This document shows positions 12,817-28,009 of a stretch of DNA of 64,000 nucleotides, piece by piece. This DNA comes from Tricharina praecox (lineage: Eukaryota): NCBI RefSeq assembly GCF_024521635.1, contig NW_026250405.1:124001-188000 (forward strand), read 5' to 3'. Position 1 is the first letter of the stretch. Each line of letters starts with the position of its first letter. A model generated the notes under the pieces. That model was not told the DNA's origin, did no database searches, and saw nothing but the letters and a program-made list of their open reading frames with translations. Made by a program: the position numbers and the translations under genes.

Positions 12817-15800
12817 CTTTCGGCAATAGGTACTACCTATGACAGCTGAATGTCGGCTCTTTCCTTTGAGCTCTGTCCACACCAATTGCAGCTCGCAAAG
12901 TTCTTCGAAGTCCGATCCAGCGGAACGGTTTGTGTTTATGGTTCGCGGCTGAGGACGAACCTCCCAATCGCACGAGGTAATGAGGTTGTATCCAGTCCCG
13001 AGCACTGAAATAGACTTCTAATTTCCCCGGAGTCCCGGACAGTGGACACTTCGGAATGGATTTACCACAGTAGCGAGCGAGCGAGCGAATGCTTGGTTTA
13101 GCACTCGCAGGCAAATAAGCAAGTACGTTGTTACATTTCTCGACTCCACGAGTTTCAGATATCCGTTCACCCACCTACCCACACAGGCAGGCCGCAGGCG
13201 TCATACGACGCCCGGCGATTACTCTATGTACATACTCTCCCTACCGAAGTGTCAGGGTCACCCATCACATCATGTCACATCAATGATCTCCGAACTTCGA
13301 AGTGGGGACTCGGAAGCACATGTTTCTGCCGTACCGTGGAGTACACGTGCATCCCCATCCGCAGGCTGCAGGCTGCAGGCTTCCAGGTTCCATGTAGCTT
13401 CTCGCTCTTTCCTTCCGCTGGAAGGGAATGGAAGGAACCTGGTACATGATCCGATACCTAGACAGATACTTCCAGGATTCGCGGATGACACTTGCTCTGC
13501 AAGTCGCTAGGAACCAAACAATCAGCATCGAGTTCGGCGCTTACAGCTACAGGTGCAGATGCAGATTTCCGGCCGGCAGCGCGTGAATTTCCTGCGAGAA
13601 ACACATAGTTACCGACGCACGGCGGCGGCGTAGCGAAATACCCATATGTATATGGGTGGGATCGTACCGTAGTACTGCAACGACGAGGCTGTCGGCACCG
13701 ATATACGCAGGTCTGGTCGGGAGGTCGGGCGGGCGGGCGCTGTGGGGTGTCGTGTGGTGTGGTTTGCGAAAGAACGAAAGAAAATGGGCGGGGGCCGTGG
13801 GATCGTTCAATCGATAGGTCTGAGGTAACTATATACAGATTACATATCATATCATGCCATGATTCATGAAAGCTTTGCTGCAATGCTGCTGCGAGGAATC
13901 GTCTCGTTATTGGAGACAAACTACATCGTGTTGCGGCGCCAGGAACCGGGTATGATACTACGGTAAAGGTACTAGGTATAGCCCATAGATAGACTGGATG
14001 TGAATTGATCAGCTCCACATAACTACATCTTAGGTCGAGTACCAAGTTGACACATGCTGCCATCAGTAAGTCAACAGTCAGCCTTCCATCACCATGGCTG
14101 GCCGCTGGCGCCGCTGGGATAGATACCTTGGGTAGGTACCTTGGGCTGGTGGTTATCATTCCATCCCTCAGGCACCGCTTCTCAGAAGAAGCTTGAAACG
14201 TATCGTCAACTTGATCCCTCCTATGTATTCCAAGTACTCTCTTGGCATTCTACTTCTCTTCGGCCGAAATGCCACCACTCTTTGCTCCACAAATGATGGA
14301 GGCTAGAGCTCCATATTCCGCCTTCCCCGGTCTCACACTCACCCTCACTCATCCGCACTTTCCGTGGCTATGGTTAAGTTGAGTTGAACCCAAGAACTGC
14401 CCAGCCTTAACTGATATCTATCATACTCGGACCAGACCAGACCAGCTCTGATAGGGCAGGTGTCTGGATTTTTGAAAGGCTGTGGATGAAGGTGGAGGTT
14501 TTTTATACACCCCATAGGTATAGTGAGGTTCAGATAACTCTGCATACGCCACACAACTGTTACCGATAAGTTCTCTCGGCTGCTGATTGTTGAGGGTATG
14601 TACTATGTACATACTGCTGGTTCCGATTTTCGCCTGCGTCGCCGCCTTTCAAGGCAGGAGTGATCCACTGACACTGATGATGGCAGTGGCGGTGGGTGCA
14701 TCGCAATCGCACCATCCTGGCGATCCCGTCGCTTACTGCGGATAAAACAAATGTTTTGTTCGTGGAATTCCGACGGCCAAGGAGTTTTGCACCATAGGTC
14801 CATAGGGGTTGACACATCTACCCAGAAATCGTAGTTACCTCCTACCTAGTAGTCTACTAGTAAATTACCTACCTGTCTCTATACCCGGAGGCTGTGCTCG
14901 GGGGCGTCGAACTGAAGCGAAATCCCCTGAATATGCGCAACTGGTACCTACAGAAGAAGTAAGATGTAGTTACCGGGGAGATGCGCCGAACCCTCAAATT
15001 TAAACTGGATGAACCATCCAGTCACTCAGCTACTTCATACCTAGTCAGAACCCCTCTGACCAACGGCCAGCGGCCAGCCCCATATCGAATTCGTTAACTA
15101 CTATATTTCTCTGTCGACCTATTGAGAGTTTGAAACCGATCCCACGGTAAGTACTCGACATATCATATGACATAGCCACTCTACTCCAGAGGCCAAAGTT
15201 CTGGAAACGGCCCGAACCCATCGAATCACGACCGGAGTTCCACCGCTATACTACAGGCAGGTAGTAGGTAGATATTCTCTCCCAGCCAACTTTCACGCCC
15301 GGAGTTTCCACACCGGTGGAGGCTATGCACAATCCTGATCCTGATCCGAAACCCGGCCTCCCCTTGCGGCAGATTGTCTCAAGCGCCTAGGTATGTACTC
15401 TATGTAGGTAAACGTCCAGGAAACGGGCGTGGGGTCGTGGATCCCCCTATATGTATATCCAGGCTATCCTGGAGGATTCTCCATCGGTATGGCTAGTACG
15501 TACCCCATAACCATAACCACAACTATGGTGGCTAACCCCCTCCTTCTTCCCTGTCTTCGAACTTCCTCCCACGTGTGAGAGTAATCTGCGTACATGGGGG
15601 CCGTTTTGTCTCGCTTGTATGGTGCTCTAGCTACTTAACTCACCACCGATCACTAGATACGGTACATACACACAGCTTGGGAGACGCAGCCATCAACCGT
15701 AGAGTCCGGATACGTGATTAACTCCTACGGTCGCACGGCATGTCTCCCACGTCCCCATATGTGCCGACCACGGTTCCCGAGTCCCAATGCCGGCCACGGT

Positions 15801-16391
15801 TCCCGATACCGCCACGCATTGTGTGTGTGGGCATCATCGCGGCTGCTGGGAGATGACGAGACGTCAGAAGTGGAATCCCTTCGCTGTAGCAGCTCGGTCC
15901 TGTAGAAAAGCCGAGCCCGAGCGAGGGCCCTTTCTCAGGGCATATTCTCTGTTCCAATGCGAAACGTAGGAGCTCGTACTCCGCGAATTGCATGGGATCT
16001 CACTCGTTACCGTTGCCGGGTCTCTCGCCGCCCCAACTGTGAACCCGGTGTGAGGGTGTCTGGGGGCTCGAAAAGTTATAACAAATGGAAGGAAAAGCAG
16101 AGCTGTGGGAAAGCTAGCGATGGGAGTGGACAGACGAAATCGAAGGCGTTGCCAGTATACCTATAACCCGCTCGAGTCGGACAGTGACCGGGGGTGATGG
16201 CCCATGGGGAAATTTTTACAAGAAGGCGCCTGTGCCCTGGGATGGGGAAATCACTGTATTCGGTGTAAACGGTCAGTTAAACATTTTGATGTCGGAAATT
16301 TTTGTGTAGAGCTCGCGTTGGTGCAATGATAGACACGGGCCGATCGCTCCTTCCGGACGGGAGTTCAACCTCCTGCATTGCAAGATGTTGA

Positions 16392-17880
16392 TTTTTTTCT
16401 TAATTCATCATTGATTGCATGTGGCCGATCAAGATTATGGCAATGTACACAAAAGGAAAGAAAGTTACACAACGAAAGCATCCCCTCTTCCCGCCCTACA
16501 GACCTCGTCCTCCCTTCTTCTTCCAGCTCCTCGTCTCGCCCTTATGCTTCGCAAGCTTCTGCCGTTTCCGCCGTGGGCGCCGTCCTTCCTGTCTATGTAC
16601 ATCCATCGTCTCGAGAAATTTCACGATTGCCCCGGCTGCACCACTCATCTGCAGATAGGTTGTCTATCTATTCGACATCAATCCTTTCCCACTTGGGCGA
16701 TCTTCTTGACCTTGCGCTATCTTCCTTTGGTGCTCCATCTACATACGCCGGACACCGATTGAACCCTAGGTGGTCCCGGATCTCGGGGATGGTCGGCCGC
16801 TCGCCCCGCAAGTGCACAGCACTGGGCCGATTCTTGGACCATTGAAGGTCGTGCCCGGTGAACGGGCGGCCGGACTTTAGCTGACAGGACCCGACCGCTC
16901 TGTGTTTTTGCGAGGGTTCTTTGTCAATGCCTCTTCAGGCCTGACGAAGAAGGGAGCACACACAGAGGAGACAGCGGAGATGGGAGTTTGACCGTCTATT
17001 CGATAGATGATGATCAAGAAAGAAGAATAAAACCCGTGGGTGCCAGCTTAAGTTCTCACCCTCCTCATCTGGCCGACCCAGCCATGCTCACCAACGTTGA
17101 TGCCCACTACTAACCCCATTGGTTTCCTCCCGTCGACAGCTTCTTCTTCACTTCCTCATCTCGCCGACAGCTTCGCTATCACTCCGCCACAGCGTTTCCT
17201 ATCCTGCACTGGTATGAGATCGTGGCGCTTGACGGGCGTCTTCCGTCGATTCGGCTTGTAGTCTTTGTATCGCACCCGATCAGTCGCCCAGTCCCACGCT
17301 TCTGGCTATTTGTTTTCGAAGATGTATCTTTTCGGGCTTGGTTGTGACCTCGGAAGAGCTAGCCGCCCCTCCCGTACCGATTCCTAGATGGGGACCATTC
17401 AACGCCGCGGGCGTCCGGTCCTTCCGCAGCTATTTTCAGCTACCTGTCCGTTGTGTCATTACTGGCCATGTTTTCGTAACAGGGCATCGCCGGATCTCGA
17501 ACATGATATGGACTTGGCCTGCTAGAGAGTACTGATGTGGTGCCACACCTCGATGGCGTACGTTTGCCCGAATCTTGGCTCGTCCGCCTTCGGCCTGCTG
17601 ATATGAAGCTGTCTAGGTATCCGCGAATACGGTGACGGTGTGGAGCCTGCACAGATTCGCTCAGTCAGCTTCTTTCCTCGGTTCCCTAGCTCATGCTGCG
17701 CACACACTAGGCGTCAATTACCTCCTGTCCCCACTCATGTGGGGTTTGAGCCGTGATTTTCCCAAGCGACTTCTTAGCCTGTCACACCATTCTCCAGGCG
17801 AAAGCCGTCAGTCCACATGGCCAGCTTGATCTTGGCTTCCCAGCCTCTGCGGCGGCGTACTCCTCGCCTGCTACAATGGT
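16392..17880 (-). mobile_element. Degenerate 5'-truncated LINE retrotransposon (RNase H, C-terminal region, 3' UTR/A tail)
   Basis: Minus-strand translation with stops and frameshifts: MWTDGFRLENGVTG*EVAW, QEVIDA*C, VTVFADT*TA, DEPRFGQTYAI, EIRRCP, D-R*LKIAAEGPDARGVEW, QLKSG..TGHDLQWSKNRP, RDHL, LSADEWCSR-AIVKFLETMDV. Short A tract at 16392-16398. Confidence 0.85.
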
Positions 17881-19477
17881 TGGGCATTAATCGCATATGT
17901 CTCCGCTGTGACTATGCCTTCACGCCCGTCTGACAAGTCCACGTCGTAAGGAGTTATCAGATTCTATTAACCTTCGCAGATACAAATCGAGAAACATTGC
18001 TAGAATCCTAGGTAGAGAGAAAACTTTGTTGGAGAAGCAGTAGATAACCAACAGCAGACGCCAAAAAAATCGCCAGGATGTCCCCACGACCACGCTATAT
18101 AAGCATGGTCATCTCGCATCAGAAGCTAGAATACAGCCTTAACAGCAGCAGGTACTAGTACATAGGTCTGGACAAAAGCTCAAATCCATCAAGCGCGAAC
18201 CCCGCAAAGATAAAGGTACGGTATATCTGTCTTGCCACCCCCTCTTTTCGTAGCTAACGAATAAACCATTATAGCCTATAGCCCCGTAAGGATTCTCCCA
18301 CGGGGTTATTATGTCGCCAAACTCGAAGGTGAAACTCGACAAGATACTCCGCATTGGACTTGACATTTGGCTTGGAGCGAACAGGCACCGACAGGGCTCC
18401 GCTCAGCCCGGACGGTCGAAAACGCAAACACCATGGCTTTAAGGAAAGAACTACAATTTGAAACATGGATCACGTGAGTAGTTCTAAGTTCTTGTTTTAA
18501 AATTTCATCATTGCAGTCGCTATTGCTGCGTGGTGATAGTTCGTGGCGCACACTATCAGCCTTGATTTTTCGTTGGCTCCACGCCGGACAAACGGGACGG
18601 AATCCATCGCCAGCCGCAGTAGTGGTCGAATAGACTCTGGCCCCTTTTGATACTGACCGGTATCAGTGCTTCGTGTTCGACGATGGACAGCGGAAAGTCG
18701 GTCCCTGTTTCCGTCCAACACGTGATTTCTTGATTGCGTGGTATTCCATAGTGCACCTCCGAGGATCTCCCGTGCCTGCCAACAACATTCCTCCTTCCAT
18801 CTTGGATACAGTGTTCCACCTTTCCCTTGTCGCAGCTGCTAAAATTCTACCCCGCACTCGGCAACCGTTCCCACAACCCCCACATTTCCTGGTGGAATCC
18901 GACGATCGCTCGCAGAATTATGGCAGGCAATGTCTTGGGCAACGGTTTTGGACGACCAAACTGGCCGATCTTGACGCTCACGAGCTAAACTAGTTCCCTC
19001 TATGTTTCCCCCGTTCCCCGCCTCGCCCACTTCTTGTGCATGACGTGCATTGGAAGAGCGCACCGACGAAACAGTTATGGGCATCGCGCATCGCAGGAGC
19101 TTGCGGATCACTAGGTGCCGAACGCAAACGCCGCTGGGCTACCGGTTAGACGTGGACCCTAAATGTTGGTAAAGAGCTCATGCCTCTGCCCTAGCTGCGG
19201 TCTTTGATGTCCAGCCTCCGATCAGCATATAGACTCCCTGGGCTGGTTAGGTTTCTGCCAGAGGTGAGGTGAATCTGCTACGGACCGAGTACCAGAAATA
19301 CCCCGCGCTCGTTGTCAGCTTCTTGAGCCATCAGCTCCAAGAAAAAGCCTACTTATGTCGGCCTTGCCCCGCGATACACCGCTTCAACGCCTCATCAACT
19401 ATTTCAAGTCTCGGAGTAGTACCGGGCAGCACACGAATCCCTCAAATCCATCAAGCACAGTATCGGAAAGAACGGCC

Positions 19478-21046
<1,569 letters not shown>

Positions 21047-22159
21047 TTTCTTTTTTTTGCTATGTAGTTCTTGGGATGGGCGGAAGCCGGCGAAAGGAAA
21101 GGAAAGGGTAGAGGAGTAGGAATTGTATACATGTACTTGATAGTTTGCTTCGCGCGCCCCGGTTCACAAATTGTACTTCCATGGGCTATCTACCTACTTC
21201 AAGCTTCAGCTGAGTGGAGATCAAAATATTTTCCTTGACCGATTGAAAAACGTACATACAAACACATCCACAACCTACTCCAGTCTCCACTCTTGTGCAT
21301 ATAGCCAGCTCGTAGCCTGCCACCTTGAGTAATGTAAATACCATCAGCCTACTTAATGCATCGTGATATTATCCTGACTCACTACCGCTCACTCGTCACG
21401 TGCTCAGGCGTAAGCGCCAAGCCAATCCCTGCGTCGCCCCTATATTTTTTAGGCAGCTGGGCGGGCCGCGGCGGAGCTGTCGGACCGCCGAAGCGAAACC
21501 CCGGTTTTTCCTAGTGAACGGCCAGGGTCGGTTTGGAGTAACGTTCCACGTATGTAGCGCCATTTGGCGATGGCGATGGCGATCGCGATGGGCGATGGAG
21601 TTGGCAGGAGAGACGCGCCTGTTGTTGCAACCTTTGCTTCTTGGGGACGTGCTGGAGGCACGGTGGTGATGGAGTGCACGTGGGGGGCATGAGGTGAAGA
21701 GTCCGAACCCACTGTCCATCACATCTGTCTGTACTGCGACGAGCGAAGAGAGAGAATACAAACCGGGACGGCAAATTCCCGCATCCTGCACGTCGATCAA
21801 TCCCATCGAGTTACCCCGCAGTCCTTCGCGGAGCTTTGGGGCCCTGACGCTACATACGCTACGCATGTACGGCACCGCTCGCCGTCTCCGCCGCCGCCAG
21901 CTGTGCCCGCCACTATCAACCACCGGCACGGCGGCAATGCCGACGTGATTCTCTACTTATTCCATGTCGCAACATCTCGTATGGGTGTTGCTGTGGTGGT
22001 GGTACCAGAACACCCCCAATTCCCTCAATCACTAGATATTTCTCGTCCTACCCCAAGTCCTGTTAACCCACCCACGCACCCACGCACCCACCGCCAATGG
22101 TCCTCATCAACCGCGCCGGCGTCGCCATCTCCGCAGCGCAACGAACTCCTCCGCCCGCA

Positions 22160-24958
22160 ATGTCGAAGTCCACCACCGCCCTCTCCGAGAACTGGGCGTT
22201 CAAGCGAGCGTCGGAGGCGACCGAAAGCTTTCGCGCGGTAAAGAGCGTGCCCACCGAGATCTTCCTCGATCTGCTCGCCTACGACCTGATCCCCGAGCCC
22301 TTCCATGGCCAGAATGAACTCGACGTCCAGTGGGTCGGCGAGGAGAACTGGATCTATGCCACCACCTTCCCGTCCCCACCCGCGGCGGACTCCCGTGGCA
22401 GCACGACGGAAATCGTCTTCGAGGGTTTGGACACCTACGCTACTGTCACGCTCAATGGCTGCGAGATCCTCCGCAGCGGCAACATGTTTACGCCCTACCG
22501 TGTCGACGTCACGAAGCATCTGAAGAAGGACGGCGGCGAGAATAAACTCAGCATCCTTTTCGAGAGCGCATTCCTCAAGGGAAAGAAGATCAAGGAACAA
22601 TGGCCGGATTTTGAGTGGGGATGCTGGAACGGTGATCCGAGTCGGTTGGCCGTCAGGAAGGCTCAGTACCATTACGTAAGTCGATCCTGTGCGGTGTGGG
22701 ACCCTGTATGTATGGATGGCGTTGGCTGACAACCCGTAGGGCTGGGATTGGGGTCCAATGCTCATGTCGTGTGGTCCTTGGAAACCGGTGTACCTCGAGA
22801 CGTTTACGGCACGCATCGAAGAACTCCGTTTCACCGTCGACGTCCCAGGATGCCTAAAGACTGCGATTATTACTGCTACAGCAGAGATCGTTGGTGCCGG
22901 CGAGGAGGTCATGTTCAAGCTTTACAGTCCCGACGGAGAGAAGGTCTTGGAGTCCAAGGCTGCCGTTGATGCCGGCAAGGCTACCGTCTGCTTTTCGCTT
23001 GAAGACCCAGAGCTGTGGTATCCCCACGGCTACGGAAAACAGCCTCTTTACAAGCTACACGCGGCTCTGGACGGCGACGTCGATACTGATAGCAAGACTT
23101 TGGGGTTGCGAAAGGTCCGCGTGGTCCAACGACCTCTGGCGGATGCCCCGGGCTTGAGCTTCTTCTTCGAAGTCAACAATATCCCCATCTGGGCGGGTGG
23201 CTCCAATTGGATCCCTGCCGACAGCTTTCTCAACAGGCTGGATGAGGCGAAATACCGGAAGTGGTTGGAGATCATCAAGGATGGTCGGCAAGTGATGGTT
23301 CGGTAAGTTCGGTTGCGGCCTCCCTCCCGGGTGATGGATGGTATGCTGAAGTTCTCCTTAGCGTCTGGGGTGGTGGAATTTATGAGCAGGACTGCTTCTA
23401 CGACATCTGCGACGAACTTGGTCTCATGGTCTGGCAAGACTTTGCGTTTGGGTGTGGAAATTATCCAGCCCAGATTCCGGAATTCCGCGAGTCGGTCAAG
23501 GTCGAGGCGGCTGCGGTCGTGAAAAGGCTAAGACATCATCCATCGATTGTTATATATGCTGGTAACAACGAGGACTACTCGGTGTGTATACCTTTCTCCC
23601 ACCGAGTGTACTGTCACTGATATCCGCAGCACATGTGGGGGCTTCCTGGACGCCTCGGTTACAAGGCCGACGATAAGAACCCGGACAACTGGCTCAAGAC
23701 ACAGTTCCCAGCACGCTACATTTACGAGAAGATACTCCCCGAAGCCGTGGAAGCACACTCACCCGGCACCGAATATCACCGCGGCTCTCCTTACGGCAAT
23801 CCCGACCGCCCCGACGGCTGGGACCTGACCGTCGGTGATGTCCACCAATGGAACGTCTGGCACGGCACCCAAGAGCCTTACCAGAACTTTGACAAGCTTG
23901 CTGGTCGGTTCGTAAGCGAGTTCGGCATGGAAGCATTCCCCGATATCAAGACGATCAAGTCATTCCTACCCAAGAACAGCACCGAAAACCATCCTTTCAG
24001 CGCGACGGTTGAGTTCCACAACAAGGCCGATGGCGCAGAGCGACGAATTGCCACATACCTCGCCGAGAACATGACCTTTGAGCTCGAGCCCTTTGAGGCA
24101 TACATATACTCGACGCAGTTGATGCAGTCCGAGGCACTGTCGAACGCCTACCGCGCTTGGCGCCGCAACTGGAAGGGTCCCGGAAGAGAACTCACGTCGG
24201 GTGCTCTCGTTTGGCAGATCAACGATTGCTGGCCCGTCACTTCCTGGGCGATCGTCGATTACTACTTCCGGCCAAAGATCGCCTATTTCGGCATCAAGCG
24301 CGAGTTGGCGCCCATCGTCCTGGGCAGCAAGAGGATCGAGGTCAAGACCCCTCGGGATCCCTACACCGGTGCGCACGTCGAGATCTCGCACCGCATCGAA
24401 GTATGGGGCGGCTCCTTCCTCCTCGAAGAGCAGGGCCCGTACAAGCTCGTGGCCAAGTCTTTCCAGACCTACTCGGGGAAGCTGGTAGAGTCTATTACAC
24501 TCAAGGAGGATTTCGTGCTCCCGCTCAACAGGAGCACCGAGCTTGCCGACGTCCCCCTCCCAGGCTGGAACGGCACGCGCGACGGAAACCTCGACGTCGT
24601 GGTCGCACTGTATCTGCTGGACGCGGATGGACGTCATGTCGCCCGCACTGTCAGCTGGCCAGAGCCCCTCAAGCATGCGAGGCTGTCGAAGGATCCTGGG
24701 CTGAGCGTGCTGCAGTGGAGGGGTAAGTTGAAGGTCAGGGCTAATGCCCCCGTCAAGGGTCTGGTGCTTAGTGGCGACTTGGAGGATCAGGGCATTGACC
24801 TGGTGCCCGGCGAGATTGTGGAGGTGGGCGTCAAGAACCATGAGAAGGGGAAGTTTGAAGCGAGGTTCTATGGCGGTGGGGAGAAGGGGATGGTTATCGG
24901 GTGTGTGGAGGCCGAGAGCTGGGAGGAGGTCGTGGTGGTAGAGGAGGAGAAGGAGTAA
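22160..24958 (+). CDS. GH2 beta-mannosidase, MndB-like (alternative in-frame ATG at 22097; introns 22676-22739, 23303-23361, 23582-23629)
   Basis: [53 protein letters not shown]. No obvious signal peptide. Confidence 0.94.
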
Positions 24959-27900
24959 TCGGTCGCTGGGAGCTGGGGATGGGTACTTACATACATGATA
25001 ATGAATTGTACAAGCGGCTTCTATGAAGCCACAAATAAGTTATAACCAAATGCTTGGGTGCAGTCTTACAGAGAAAGTCCGAGCAGGAATTGAATTGCCG
25101 CCCACACTGTGCCCGTTCGTTTTCTCTGCTACATACAGTGCGATGTACGGTACGGTACCCCCACTATCTCTCCTAGCCCTCTTGTTTGCCGTTTCGTGAA
25201 TAAGAAACCAATGGGTTGCAGGAGTGATAATCCATGATGCACTTCGTTTGTGGGCTGTTTTCTATATATGGGGAGTGCCATATATAGTTGCTCTTGCTCA
25301 TGCCCCCCCGGATCCGCGCGCCACTCCCCGGTCAAACTAACCATTCCCCTTCCATCAATCTCGTAGTAACGTAGGTATCCGCGCACTTATATTATGATAT
25401 CTTGAGATCTCAAATCCTGTGGTCACTGGTGACAGTGGTGTTGCTTGCTGTTCCCGTTGCTGCATGTTGCTGTTGTAGCGGCGGTGGTACCTAGAGTATA
25501 CTGTCTACGTGAGACCGAGTATCGGCTCTCTAGCCGGCCGCGGGCAATCAGCCTGCCTTAAGTAATCCCTTGTTTAACTCTCCTCAACCGGCTTCTCTAG
25601 GCTCTCAAAGTCATCCATCCATCCGTTTGTGGCCCGAGTCGAGACGGCTAGCTGCAATCTGTCGGTGCGAGAGTGTACGCCATAGATACATAAGTACCTA
25701 CCTACATATAGGTACTTCATCTATGCGCATGGGCCATAGGCATATATGTATAAGCCATGCATCCACTCGCGCTGCCTGGACTCGGATATCGTCATATCAC
25801 TCGGGTATATCGTATACCTATGCAAGCGCGAGAACATCCCCGGCTATGGCCATAGCTGCTGCTTCCTCTTCTTCATTGCTATGTACCTATATGATATATC
25901 GTACCAGGCTGCTCCGTAAGGCGTGAGGCGTGAGCAGCGCAGGATCTACACTCCGATAGGTAGGTTGGTAGTCAGGACTCGCAAATCGCAATGGGCCGGT
26001 GTGGCGGATGTAATATGATAATATCTCACTCGTTGCATAGTCGCTTACGCGGTCACGACGGCGGGAACTTGTAAGCACTGGCTGCCTACCACGGTATCAC
26101 ACCTCTTTTCTGTCTTCTTCTCTCGAGGCTTTCGGACTCTAGACAAAACAAGACTTGTGAGAGAGAGAATAGTGGCCAGCCAGGCCAGGTCAGGCGAGTG
26201 ATACCTTAGGTATCACTTTGGCCCGGATCAAGTTGCGCACGTACACATACTCTAGAGTACTCTACTCTTCTTATCCAACCCACGGGCACTCAATTCCGCC
26301 GTTGCGGCGGGGGAAGCGAGTATGATATTCCGCCGTCTGACGGCGTCAAACGGCGGGGTGCGCGCGGAGTGTGGGCTCTCTTTCTCTTTCTCGCCTCGCT
26401 ACCCTGCGAACGCCCGACCACGGTATTCCGTGTTTCGTGTTCCGGTGAACATGGAGTATGTAGAGTAGAGTAGAGTAGAGTAGAGTATGTGCAGCGATCG
26501 CTACTCTACTATACATACTATATATATTATACCTACGGTTCGCTATGTAGGGAATGTAGGGAATGTATGAGTTATGTAGGGAATGTAGGGTTGCGGATTC
26601 GAAATCAACATTTCGTTGCTGCGAGCGAGCGAGTTAGTTATGTAGTCAGTCAGTCAATCAGCGCACACGTCGGTGGGGATAACTGCTGTTGCTTTGCCTT
26701 GTCGGAACATGTATGTAGATAACTTGCTTATATATGCTTCCCGCCGTCACTGGAAATGCTCAACGGCAGGGGGTAAAATCCATAAGTTATCGTACATACT
26801 CTACATACGGTATACCGTAAGCAGTCCATCTCCCAGCGTCCGTTACCTACTCTGCATAGCAGAAAGAAGCTGGATGACTGTTCAAGTACTCTACCTATCG
26901 AGTGCCCGAACTTTGTTCTAACTAAACGCCGCCTCCCCTTCCTCCCATCCTGCCTCCCCCGCCTCCCCTCCCCCCTCCCCCCTCCCCCCCCCGCCCCCTG
27001 CCCATGCCGGACCTCTACATACATAAAAGTAGATAACTAGACCGCAAGTAATCCCGGACATCGGTCCAATTTTACCATTTTACAAATACCCACCCCCAGC
27101 CCTGTCCCCACCCCCAGCCCTGTCCCCCCCCCTCCCCGCGCCCAACACCCACAGCCCCAGCCCTGTCCCCATTGCCCCAAGCGAGACACCGACACCGACA
27201 CCGACATCCCCCCGGCTAACTACTAGTCTAGGTAGCTGGTACTTAGCGAAAACTTGAATTCCAAATACTTGTCACCCCAGCCTGCCTACTCTACCGTAGT
27301 CGCATCTGCATCCCCAGCCCCAGCCCCAGCCTCATCCGCTGCCGTAGGGCTTAACTAACTAATGGGATGATGGCGAGAGATGATGGGATGATGAGATGAT
27401 GTCAGGTTTGGATTCGATTCGATTCGTCAGTGGAGAACGGAAGAGTCTGGTTTGGGGTTTCGACTCATACTCTACTTCTCTGCTTTACATAGATTTTGGT
27501 TGGGTTGGGCTGTGGCTGGCTGGGTTAGGGTCCGGTTCGGGTTCAAATGCTGTTGAAATATGTATGGCTCAGTTTTTGGTTGGCAGGGCAGGGCATACAT
27601 AGAGTAGAGTAGAGTACCTTCTATACCTAGCGAGTCGGAGTGTCTCTCCTCCGACTTGCCCGGCTTCACGGCCGCCGCGGGGCAGTGTTGACCCGTTCGT
27701 TTGATATGATATGTAGATCGTCCTAAAGTATTCGTACAATACATACACCCAAAGCAAAAGAAAAAGACGAGTCGAGTCGAGATAGAAAACGTGAAAACAA
27801 AGCAATTTCCACCCCATAGTAACGTAAATATCGCACATCCATGTCCAGATCCTCTACTGTTGCACCGTAGTCTAATAGATAACATGAGAAGCAAGCAATA

Positions 27901-28009
27901 TTGCCCCGTGAAAACCAATAAAAACGCCATCCGACCAAATAAAAGAAATCACTCCTGTGTTGCCATGTCGCTAAAATGCAGATGAGAATGAAGGAAATTT
28001 GAACTCAAA

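Noticed and set aside
18139..19111. Possible degenerate coding relic upstream of GH1
   Set aside because: No recognisable motif or consistent frame.
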